This document shows, piece after piece, positions 55,144-64,000 of a stretch of DNA of 64,000 nt; within the stretch, counting starts at the first letter, position 1, and each line of letters starts with the position of its first letter. Under the pieces are notes generated by a model. It made no database searches. It saw only the letters and a program-made list of their open reading frames with translations, and was not told the origin of the DNA. Origin of the DNA: Sedimentisphaerales bacterium (GTDB lineage Bacteria > Planctomycetota > Phycisphaerae > Sedimentisphaerales > SM23-30); contig CAXXFK010000006.1 of assembly GCA_963663965.2 (NCBI GenBank), positions 192,001-256,000 on the forward strand, read 5' to 3'. The translations under genes were made by a program, and so were the position numbers.

Positions 55144-55185
55144 GTTATTTGAAAACCAGATTTTTTTTTTCGGGCTCAATATTTG

Positions 55186-55201
55186 TGGCATGGCGATTGC
55201 T
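55186..55201 (+). promoter_or_regulatory. Sigma54 (-24/-12) promoter
   Basis: TGGCAT-GGCGA-TTGCT versus consensus TGGCAC-N5-TTGCW; about 80 nt upstream of the hsdR ATG. Confidence 0.8.
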
Positions 55202-55282
55202 TTATTTTCTAGCATGGAAAAACCATTGCAACAAAATCAATCTGAAACCAGCCAATCTGGGCATCGGGAGGGCGAAGAGATC

Positions 55283-58200
55283 ATGAAATCGATCAATTTC
55301 GAGTTTCTTCGCGCCGATTGGCAACAACTGGCTTCATTGGCCGGGTTCGCGGAATATTACAGTCATCCAGATCCGGTTAGTTCCTTGATCAAGATGCGGA
55401 CTTATCTGGAGCAGATTGTCGAGCTGGTTTATGATCGTTTTGGTTTTTCCCGGCCATATAATCCAAGTCTGCATGAACTTTTGAATACTCCTGAATTTAA
55501 GCGGGTTATTCCTACCACCGTGCAGACGATTATGCACGCCATTCGGGTTAATGGCAATCGTGCCGTCCATCGTAACGAAGGTACCACGGAAAAAGCATTA
55601 CAGGCTATTAAGGATGGATTTCACCTGGCTCAATGGGTATTTCTGACCTTTACCCAGCAGGATAAATCAGTGTTGCCGGCCTATCGCCAGCCCACACCCG
55701 AAGATTTTGGCCTGACCGCCAAGGCTGAACTCAAACGCCAGAAAAAGAGCCTGCTGCAAAAACTGGAAGCCCAGGAAGCCCAGATGCAGCAGCTTCTGGA
55801 CGAACTGACCAGGGCCCGCGAACAAGCCCAGGCCGCTCAATTGTCCGAGCAGGAGATGCGGGCACAGATTCAGGCCGCCCAATATTCATGCAGCGTGCTG
55901 GACTTTTCAGAGGCCCAAACCCGAAAATACCTGATTGATGTCATGTTGGCCGATGCCGGCTGGAATGTGGGGGCCAAAGGCCAGAATACCACCGAGGTGG
56001 GGCAAGAGGTTGAAATTCCGCACCAATCCACCCCGACAGGCATTGGGTATGCCGACTATGTCCTTTATGAAGATGATGGCCACACCCCGCTGGCTGTGAT
56101 TGAAGCCAAGAAAACAGCCAAAGATGTCAACGAAGGCCGCCAGCAGGCCAAGTCTTACGCCGATGGCCTGGAACAGCAAACCGGCCACCGCCCCATGATA
56201 TTCTATACCAATGGATTTGACCTATGGCTCTGGGATGACAAACAAGGCTATGTTCCCCGTCAGATCTGGGGATTCTATTCCAAGGATAGTATCCGGTTTG
56301 TTTTGCGGCAACGGACCGCAGCACAGAATTTGCAAACAGTTAAGCTTGGCAAAGATATCATTGATCGTGATTATCAGTATGAGGCAGTAACCCAAGTTTT
56401 AGAAAACTTCCAGAACCGCCGGCGCAAGGCATTGATCGTTCAGGCGACCGGAACCGGTAAAACACGGGTGGCCATCGCTCTCAGCGAGGCGTTGGTTCGG
56501 GCCGGCTGGGTCAAGCGGATATTATTCCTGTGCGATCGGCGCGAACTGAGAAAGCAGGCCAAAGACACTTTTACCCGCTTTTTGCCTAATGAGCCGGTAG
56601 TTTATATTAGTGCCTCGACCAGCCTGCAAACCCATCACAAGGTCTATCTGGCCACCTATCCGGCCATGATGAAGTGCTATACCAATTTCGATCCGGGTTT
56701 TTTCGACCTGATCATTGCCGATGAATCCCATCGCAGTATTTACAACCGCTACCGGGACCTGTTTTTCTGGTATGACTCCTTGCAAGTGGGCTTAACTGCC
56801 ACACCAGTCAGTATGATTCAAAGGAATACTTATGATCTGTTCGAGTGTCCGGCAGATAATCCCACGGCCCATTACGATTTTGAAAAGGCCGTTACTGACG
56901 GGTATCTATGCCCCTTTGAAGTCAAAACCTTCACCACGCCATTTTTACGCGAGGGAATCAAATATTCCCAGATGACTAAAGAACAGCGTGAGCAGTTGGA
57001 AGCCCAGGAAACGGTCCCACAGGATATTGAATTTGAACAGGGTATGGTGGATAAGTATATTTTCAATCGGGACACCAACAAGCTGATCCTGAAAAATCTG
57101 ATGGACAACGGCATTCGTATCAAAGACGGCAGCCAGATCGGCAAGACCATTATCTTTGCCCGCAGCCACAATCATGCCATTCTGCTGCAAAAGCTGTTTG
57201 ATGAGATGTATCCCCAATATGGCGGCAATTTCTGCCGGGTCATCGACAATTACGATCCCCGCGCCAGCGAACTGATCGACGATTTCAAGGGCATCGGCCG
57301 CAATCATGATCTGACCATCGCCATATCGGTTGACATGCTCGACACCGGCATCGATGTCCCGGAAATAGTCAACCTGGTCTTTGCCAAGCCGGTCTATTCC
57401 TATGTCAAATTCTGGCAGATGATCGGCCGCGGCACCCGGTTATGCGAAAAACCTTTTCGGCCCCGGCCAACATAAACAGGTTTTTCGTATTTTTGACCAT
57501 TGGGGTGTGTTCGAGTTTTTTGACGAGCAATACCAGGCCGCCGATGACTCCCGTACCGCTAAGAGTCTCCAGCAGTTGGTATTCGAAGATCGTCTCAAAC
57601 TGGCCCAGACTGCCCTGGATCTGCAAAAACAGGATGCCTTCGACCTGGCCACCCGCCTGATACTGGAGGATATCAAGAGCCTGGACGAAAACCAGTCCAT
57701 CGATATCCGCGGCAAATGGCGCGATATCAAGCTGCTGCAGAAAGACGGCGTCATCCGGCAATTTGCCCCGGCCACCCGTGCCCTGCTCAATAACGATATC
57801 GCCCCGCTGATGAAATGGCGCAATATCACCGGCTACCAGGAGGCTTACCTGTTCGACCGGCTGTGCTGTCAGCTCCAGCACGAACTTGTGACCGGTGGAT
57901 CCCAATTTAACGACCTCAAAGACGATCTGCTCAATCAGGTACATGAACTGCCCATCAATTTGAACGCGGTCCGCGCCAAAATCGCCACGATCAACCAGGT
58001 GAATTCCGGCGCGTTCTGGACCCAGCCGACAGTTGAATCAATCGAGACGGTTCGCGTCGAACTGCGCGGCGTTATGAAGTATCGGCAAAATGAAACCGGC
58101 TCTGGTCAGCGATTCCAGCCCAAGGTCATCGATATCGCCGAAGAAGATGATTTAATCGAGAGCAAAGACTACCAGCCCAAAATCAAGGGCCTGCAGCTGA

Positions 58201-58685
58201 TCGAATACCGTCACCGGGTCCAGGCGGTGTTAGAGGCCCTGATGGAAAGCTCGCCGGCCCTGCAAAAAATCCGGCTCGGCGAGCCTGTTAGCGAAACCGA
58301 ACTCAAGGAACTGGCCGCGCTGGTGGTGGCCCAGGAGCCCGACCTCAAACTGGAAGACCTGGCTGACTATTTTCCGCAGGCCGGCTCGATCGAAGCAGTC
58401 ATCCGCGGCATTGTCGGCCTGGACGCCGACCAGGTGGGCCGACGGTTCAGTGAATTCATCAAGACCCATACGCTGAATTCCACCCAGTTGCGGTTTCTCG
58501 ACCTGCTCAAAACCTTTATCGCCCGGCATGGCAAAATCGAGGTCAGCGATCTCTACGAAGATCCCTTTACCTCACTCAATCCCGATGGAATCGATGGTGT
58601 GTTCGATGACAGCCTGGCCGATGAACTGATTATATTGATTCAGGAATACCAATCTGATACTGATGATAATGCGGAGGTTTCGTGA
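55283..58685 (+). CDS. hsdR: Type I restriction enzyme R subunit (EcoEI/EcoKI-like, DUF4145 N-domain); one frameshift at A5 near 57447
   Basis: 'YADYVL...IEAKK', 'ATGTGKT', DESH, 'GLTATP', 'QMIGRGTR'; corrected frame reads LCENLFGPG...FDHWG. Confidence 0.95.
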
Positions 58686-59449
58686 TGAGCAGACCAGATT
58701 ATAATGAATGGCGATTGAGCGACCATTTTAAAAATGTATTTGAGAATCGCAAAGATGAGAGATTCTATGTCGATGAAAATATCCAAAAAGCGGCCAAGTT
58801 TCAGGCGAAGGCTATAATTGATGGGGCTACTGATTTAGTGGCTGATAATTCTGTTTCACAAGCCTTTCATATCCTTGATTATCTACAAGAAGATTCAGGG
58901 GAAGATGCTAAAAAGAATGAAATCAAGTGGTATGTTTATGAGATTATTGATGAGCTATTGGGGCACGAAGTAGTTGAAATGCAAGTTCGGGCCGAAAAAC
59001 GGATTCTTAAGCTGGTTGCTTTGATGGAAAAACAGGGAGTTGATGCAGAAATCAGGCATTTTCTTAATGAAGCAACAAAATGTTATCTTTATGGTTTTGA
59101 TATCCAGTGTATCATTATGTGTCGTTCCGTTTTAGATGCCTACTTTGAACAATTGATACCCGATAATACCTGTCGTGATAATAAGGCATGTATTGATGAT
59201 AAAGAAAAATACTATGTATTAGCGGATCGAATTAAAGTGGCAGAGTACATTGGCATGATTAGTCAAGGTCTCGACACTGAGTTTCTCAGAAAGATAAAAG
59301 ACGCTGCTAACAAGCAGATTCACCCGAGCCGATGGGATAAGAAATCTAATGGGTGCAGTCGCATTCATGTTACCGAAGAGTTTGTGTGGGATATATTGGT
59401 AAGAACGGTCTTGGTTATCAAAAACATAAAGGAGCATGCCCATGGCTAA
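58685..59449 (+). CDS. DUF4145/HEPN-like protein inserted in the R-M operon
   Basis: 'EATKCY..G....CIIMCRSVLD' and 'KIKDAANKQIH'; AT-richer than the flanking genes. Confidence 0.6.
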   Translation: MSRPDYNEWRLSDHFKNVFENRKDERFYVDENIQKAAKFQAKAIIDGATDLVADNSVSQAFHILDYLQEDSGEDAKKNEIKWYVYEIIDELLGHEVVEMQVRAEKRILKLVALMEKQGVDAEIRHFLNEATKCYLYGFDIQCIIMCRSVLDAYFEQLIPDNTCRDNKACIDDKEKYYVLADRIKVAEYIGMISQGLDTEFLRKIKDAANKQIHPSRWDKKSNGCSRIHVTEEFVWDILVRTVLVIKNIKEHAHG

Positions 59450-59657
59450 AATTGTACAAGGCGCCACTTTTGTCAGCAAAGGCACTGAATATATATTGGA
59501 CTATGGCCCCAAAGGTAACTTGCGGCCTTACACTGGAGGGCCGGTAAAGAAGGCCATGAAAACCCGCAATCCCTATATCATTGGCGGGGCTGTTGTTTTG
59601 GCTGTTGTAGTTGGGATCGGAGTCTGGTATTGCAACAAGCGAAAACATAACAATTAA
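59442..59657 (+). CDS. Small protein with C-terminal transmembrane anchor
   Basis: AAGGAG RBS; hydrophobic 'IIGGAVVLAVVVGIGVWY' followed by KRK. Confidence 0.65.
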   Translation: MAKIVQGATFVSKGTEYILDYGPKGNLRPYTGGPVKKAMKTRNPYIIGGAVVLAVVVGIGVWYCNKRKHNN

Positions 59658-59691
59658 AAAAATTGATAATCTATAAAATGAAAGGTAATTC

Positions 59692-61248
59692 ATGATAACC
59701 GGCGCTTTAAAGGGCAAAATTGACAAACTCTGGGAAGAATTCTGGACCGGGGGCATTACCAATCCGCTGACGGTGATCGAGCAGATATCTTTTCTCATGT
59801 TCGCCCGCAACCTGGACCAGCTCGAGAGCATCAACGAGCGTAAGGCCCGGCGGACCGGCGGCAAGGGTATCAAACGGGTCTTTGACGGGCCGGATGATAA
59901 ACGGCGCTGGAAGAACCTGATGCAGATATCCGAGACCGACGCGCTACTTCGTACGGTGCGGGATGAGGTATTTCCCCATTTCAGGGAGATCGGCGGCGAG
60001 GAGACCACCTTCAGCGAGTATATGGCCGACGCCCAACTGATGATCCAGAAACCGTCACTGCTCTACAAGGCCATGAAAATGGTGGATGAGCTGCCGCTGG
60101 TGCATTCCGATGCCAAGGGCGACCTCTACGAATACCTGCTCAGCAAGCTGACCACCGCCGGCATCAACGGCCAGTTCCGCACGCCCCGGCATATCATCGA
60201 CATGATGGTTGAGCTGCTCGACCCCAAATCCACCCATACCATCGCCGATCCGGCCTGCGGCACGGGCGGTTTTCTGGTACAGGCCTACGAATACCTCCGC
60301 AAAAAATACACCTCGCCCGAAGGCCGGATTGAAAACCCGGAGGATCCTTCCGGCGAGCCCATCTATTCAGCCGACCTGCTCAGCGCCGAGGAGCGGGCCC
60401 ATATCCATAACGATATGTTCTTCGGCTTCGATTTTGATGTGACCATGCTGCGGATCGCCTCGATGAACCTGATCCTGCACGGCCTGGACAACCCCAATAT
60501 CCACTATTGCGATACCCTCTCAGGAAAGATGACCGAGCTGTTTCCCAAGCTGGCGGTCAATAAGTTTGACCTGATCCTGGCCAATCCCCCCTTTAAAGGT
60601 TCGCTCGACGCCGAAGATGTGGCGCCGTCGCTCGCCGGCAAGGTCAAAACCAAAAAAACCGAGCTGCTGTTCCTGGCGCTCATGATCCGCATGCTCAAAC
60701 TGGGCGGCCGCTGCGCGGTGATTGTGCCCGATGGCGTACTGTTCGGCTCTTCCAACGCCCACCGCGATCTGCGCAAGATGCTGGTCGAGAACAACCAGCT
60801 CGAGGCCGTGATTTCGCTGCCGTCCGGCGTATTCAAACCCTACGCCGGTGTCTCCACGGCCGTACTGGTCTTTGCCAAAGGTGATGAAAAAGCCGAAGGC
60901 CAGACCGAGCGGGTGTTTTTCTTCGATGTGCAGGCGGATGGATTCAGTCTGGATGATAAACGAACCTCGATCGGTGACAATGATCTGCCGGAGGTGGTTA
61001 AACAGTGGAAAAAGTGGAATCATGGCGACAAGAAAGCGCTGAAGCATTTTACCGACCGGACTCAGAAGGCCTTTTTTGTGATCCGTGAGGAGATTGTTCA
61101 GCAAGGATATGACCTGTCCATTGGCCGGTATAAAGAGCATGTCTACGAAGAAGTGCAATACGATCCTCCGAAGGTTATTTTAAAGCGGTTGAAAAAGTTG
61201 GAAGAGGATATTGTTGCCGACCTCAAGGAATTGGAGGCGATGATTTAA
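59692..61248 (+). CDS. hsdM: Type I R-M N6-adenine methyltransferase
   Basis: '[10 protein letters not shown]', [14 protein letters not shown], 'VPDGVLFG'. Confidence 0.97.
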   Translation: MITGALKGKIDKLWEEFWTGGITNPLTVIEQISFLMFARNLDQLESINERKARRTGGKGIKRVFDGPDDKRRWKNLMQISETDALLRTVRDEVFPHFREIGGEETTFSEYMADAQLMIQKPSLLYKAMKMVDELPLVHSDAKGDLYEYLLSKLTTAGINGQFRTPRHIIDMMVELLDPKSTHTIADPACGTGGFLVQAYEYLRKKYTSPEGRIENPEDPSGEPIYSADLLSAEERAHIHNDMFFGFDFDVTMLRIASMNLILHGLDNPNIHYCDTLSGKMTELFPKLAVNKFDLILANPPFKGSLDAEDVAPSLAGKVKTKKTELLFLALMIRMLKLGGRCAVIVPDGVLFGSSNAHRDLRKMLVENNQLEAVISLPSGVFKPYAGVSTAVLVFAKGDEKAEGQTERVFFFDVQADGFSLDDKRTSIGDNDLPEVVKQWKKWNHGDKKALKHFTDRTQKAFFVIREEIVQQGYDLSIGRYKEHVYEEVQYDPPKVILKRLKKLEEDIVADLKELEAMI

Positions 61249-62294
61249 TGAATCAATTCAATCCCCAATTTACCATAACCAACGCCATGACCGACGCCCT
61301 GACCCGGATCGAGCGGGCGCGGGGCTTCCTCGAAGCCGCCACGCTTTCAGAAGATTGGATCGCCCGGATGAGCCGGCGGGCGCTGCTGCTCGAAGCGCAT
61401 CATACCACGCACATCGAAGGCACACAGTTGACGCTGGAGCAGGCGCAGAAACTCTGGGATGGCGAAACGATCGACACCGTCGATGCGGACGACCGGAGGG
61501 AATTGCTGAACTATCGCAACGCGTTCAATCTGGTGGCGGAGTATCTCACCGGGGGCGCTCCCATTACCGAGGCTCTGATCCGCGAAATTCACCATCGGCT
61601 GGTCGAAGGCGTCCGCGGCGGCAAAGGCCAGCCGGGCCGCTATCGCACCATCCAGAATTATGTCGTCAACAGCCAGACCGGCCAGGTGGTTTACACGCCC
61701 CCGGCCCCGGGCGATGTTCCAGGAATGATGCGGCAACTGGTCGAATGGCTGGCCGCCGACAGCGAAATCCACCCGGTTTTGGTTTCGGGGATCGCGCAGT
61801 TTCAACTGGTTCATATCCACCCGTTTGTCGATGGCAACGGTAGAACCTCGCGGCTGCTTTCGACCCTGTGCCTCTATCGCAGCGGTTTCGACTTCAAAAG
61901 GCTGTTCACCATCAGCGAATATTATGACCGCAACCGCGGGGAATTTTATCAGGCGTTACAGCAGGTGCGCGAACGGGACATGGACCTGACTATCTGGCTG
62001 GACTATTTCCTCACCGGCCTGGCCACCCAACTGGAAGAAACCAAACATATCGGAAAAACCGCGATCGAAATAGACATCATCGCCCACGAACATAACCTAA
62101 ACCCACGGCAAAAACAGGCGCTGGAATATCTGATTATCCGTGGCTCCCTGACCATTGCCGTCTATCAGGAACTCTGTCCCGATGCCAATCGCCGGACACT
62201 GCAGAGAGACCTTAAAGCCCTTATTGCCATAGACTTAGTGTCAACCAGCGGCGCGACCAACAACCTGACTTACACCTTGAAAGGCCGGGATTAA
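61248..62294 (+). CDS. Fic-domain protein with C-terminal wHTH
   Basis: Canonical [12 protein letters not shown]; inhibitory-helix-like 'TTHIEG'; 'RRTLQRDL' HTH. Confidence 0.93.
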   Translation: MNQFNPQFTITNAMTDALTRIERARGFLEAATLSEDWIARMSRRALLLEAHHTTHIEGTQLTLEQAQKLWDGETIDTVDADDRRELLNYRNAFNLVAEYLTGGAPITEALIREIHHRLVEGVRGGKGQPGRYRTIQNYVVNSQTGQVVYTPPAPGDVPGMMRQLVEWLAADSEIHPVLVSGIAQFQLVHIHPFVDGNGRTSRLLSTLCLYRSGFDFKRLFTISEYYDRNRGEFYQALQQVRERDMDLTIWLDYFLTGLATQLEETKHIGKTAIEIDIIAHEHNLNPRQKQALEYLIIRGSLTIAVYQELCPDANRRTLQRDLKALIAIDLVSTSGATNNLTYTLKGRD

Positions 62295-62297
62295 TGA

Positions 62298-62353
62298 ACT
62301 TGCGACATACTTGCGACATGACTCGCGACAACTTGCGACACAAACTTGCGACA
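62298..62353 (+). repeat. Five tandem ACTTGCGACA repeats
   Basis: Copies at 62298, 62309, 62321 (one mismatch), 62331, 62344. Confidence 0.92.
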
Positions 62354-62388
62354 TGGCCCACCGGCAGAAACGAACTGGGGGTGAGGAT

Positions 62389-63618
62389 ATGATGAAAATG
62401 TCGTATAATATCAAACTGGGTGATGTATCAAAATTTATTAGAGGAATTACATTTAAACCAGAAGACAAAGTGGCGTTAGGTTCAGATGATGCAGTTGTTT
62501 GCATGAGAACCAAAAATGTACAAGCTGAACTAGATGAAACAGATTTGATAGCCGTACCTTCAGTATTTGTAAGACGAAAAGAGCAGTATCTGAAAGATGG
62601 TGATATTCTAATCTCGACTGCAAATAGTTGGGAATTAGTAGGCAAATGTTCATGGATTGAAAATTTGAAATTCAAATCCACCGCAGGTGGATTTATCTCC
62701 ATCCTTCGAGGTAACCAAAACAAAATCAACTCTCGCTATTTGTATCACTGGTTGGCTTCTCCTCCAATACAGCATGCTTTGCGACACTGTGGAAGGCAGA
62801 CAACTAATATTTCAAATTTGTCTTTCGAACAAGCAAATTCGATTATAATCCCCATCCCTTACGCCGACAACCCGGAAAAGAGCTTAGCCGAGCAGCGGCG
62901 CATCGCCGCGATCCTGGACCAGGCCGACGCCATCCGAAAAAAACGACAACAGGCCATCAACGAACTCAACAACCTCATCCCCGCTATCTTTGCTAAGTGT
63001 TTCGGGAAATATATTGATGATAAGTCATGCTATGTTGATCTGGCAAATGTCTCGGAGATTGTTTCAGGAGTAACAAAAGGTAGGAAATTTAATGGCAAAA
63101 AAACCATTATATTACCCTATTTAAGAGTCGCAAATGTTCAAGATGGGTATCTGGAACTTTCTGAAATAAAAGAGATTGAAGCGTTGCCGGAAGACTTGGA
63201 AAAATACCGTCTAGAATATGGGGATATACTCCTGACGGAAGGTGGCGATTTTGACAAATTAGGGCGTGGCACAATGTGGGAAGGACAAATTGAAAATTGC
63301 ATTCATCAAAACCATGTGTTTCGAGTCAGGGTGAACCATGAAATATTATTACCAGAGTATTTTGATAGTTTTCTACAGACGCAAGCTGCCAAGTATTATT
63401 TTCTACGATGTGCAAAAAAAACATCAAATTTGGCTAGCATCAATATGACTCAACTACGAAAACTGCCGATTCCAATTCCTGATATGAATATTCAAAAGAA
63501 ATATGCAGATTCCTATCACAAGCACAATGAAATGTCAAAATTTTTGGGACGCACTTATCTTGAAACAGATGCACTATTTATGAGTTTGGTTCAACAAGTA
63601 TTTAAGGGGAATCTATGA
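62389..63618 (+). CDS. hsdS: Type I R-M specificity subunit
   Basis: Two TRDs with conserved 'EQRRIAAILDQADAIRKKR' and 'LPIPIP...Q' regions. Confidence 0.95.
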   Translation: MMKMSYNIKLGDVSKFIRGITFKPEDKVALGSDDAVVCMRTKNVQAELDETDLIAVPSVFVRRKEQYLKDGDILISTANSWELVGKCSWIENLKFKSTAGGFISILRGNQNKINSRYLYHWLASPPIQHALRHCGRQTTNISNLSFEQANSIIIPIPYADNPEKSLAEQRRIAAILDQADAIRKKRQQAINELNNLIPAIFAKCFGKYIDDKSCYVDLANVSEIVSGVTKGRKFNGKKTIILPYLRVANVQDGYLELSEIKEIEALPEDLEKYRLEYGDILLTEGGDFDKLGRGTMWEGQIENCIHQNHVFRVRVNHEILLPEYFDSFLQTQAAKYYFLRCAKKTSNLASINMTQLRKLPIPIPDMNIQKKYADSYHKHNEMSKFLGRTYLETDALFMSLVQQVFKGNL

Positions 63619-64000
63619 CAATTGATGGCAAAGAAACATTGTATCTTACATTGGCTTTTGTAGTACCTGGCTTTATTTGGCATTACATTTTAACCTTATT
63701 TCAGCCAAGTAAGACACCCAATAATCAGATGTTATTACTTCGGTTTCTGGCGCTTAGTTGTTTTAATTATGCCATATGGTCATGGCTTGTGTTCAAGTTG
63801 ATAAACACCTCCTATGCCAGGGATAATCGGTCAGAGCTTGCATGGTTATGGACCGTAATTATTTTTATTAGTCCTGCTGGTTTAGGGTTATTAACAGGCT
63901 GTCTAAACCAAATAGGATTTGTAAGAATTGCTTTCAATAAGATGGGATTGATTGCCATGCATTCAATCCCGACTGCATGGGATTATAAGTTCTTTCATAC
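63615..64000 (+). CDS. Membrane protein, DUF6338-like; runs off the window end
   Basis: ATGA overlap with hsdS; 'LAFVVPGFI', three TM segments, 'PTAWDYKF'. Confidence 0.7.
   Translation, partial: MTIDGKETLYLTLAFVVPGFIWHYILTLFQPSKTPNNQMLLLRFLALSCFNYAIWSWLVFKLINTSYARDNRSELAWLWTVIIFISPAGLGLLTGCLNQIGFVRIAFNKMGLIAMHSIPTAWDYKFFH

Noticed and set aside
55190..55282. Longer hsdR start at 55190
   Set aside because: That ATG lies inside the sigma54 promoter; the ATG at 55283 has a GGGAGG RBS and a typical 'MKSINFEFL' start.
62298..62353. Mini-CRISPR, or an N-terminal extension of HsdS (ORF start 62311)
   Set aside because: 10-bp units with 0-3 nt gaps; the RBS-supported hsdS start is at 62389 or just after.

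Overview
Bacterial DNA most consistent with a planctomycete (Phycisphaerae/Sedimentisphaerales-like), inferred from the ECF sigma/FecR-LamG pair, a DUF1559-type pilin-leader remnant and many secreted proteins ending in a GDxNGDCxVDxxD...W dockerin-like motif. Left half (1-~33.5 kb): a decaying pectin/rhamnogalacturonan/fucoside degradation locus (GH95, CE12, PL1, CE8, two GH28 fusions, GH29 and sulfatase remnants) built from shuffled modules and interrupted by a nested IS4/IS630 and IS fragments. Middle (~33.5-37.1 kb): nested IS remnants (rve integrase, IS21 end, two IS66 pieces). Right half (~37.1-64 kb): an integrative-element-like island with small ORFs, a non-coding array of covarying hairpins, a HerA/VirB4-like ATPase-nuclease, a tyrosine integrase with a C-terminal Zn ribbon, a ubiquitin-like conjugation operon (Ubl-E2/Cys-rich-JAB-E1) next to ArdC and DUF2958 genes, and a type I R-M operon with Fic and DUF4145 inserts behind a sigma54 promoter and its own enhancer-binding protein. 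About a dozen single-base frameshifts sit in homopolymers and may be long-read errors rather than true pseudogenes. All family calls come from motif recognition by eye; no database search was run.
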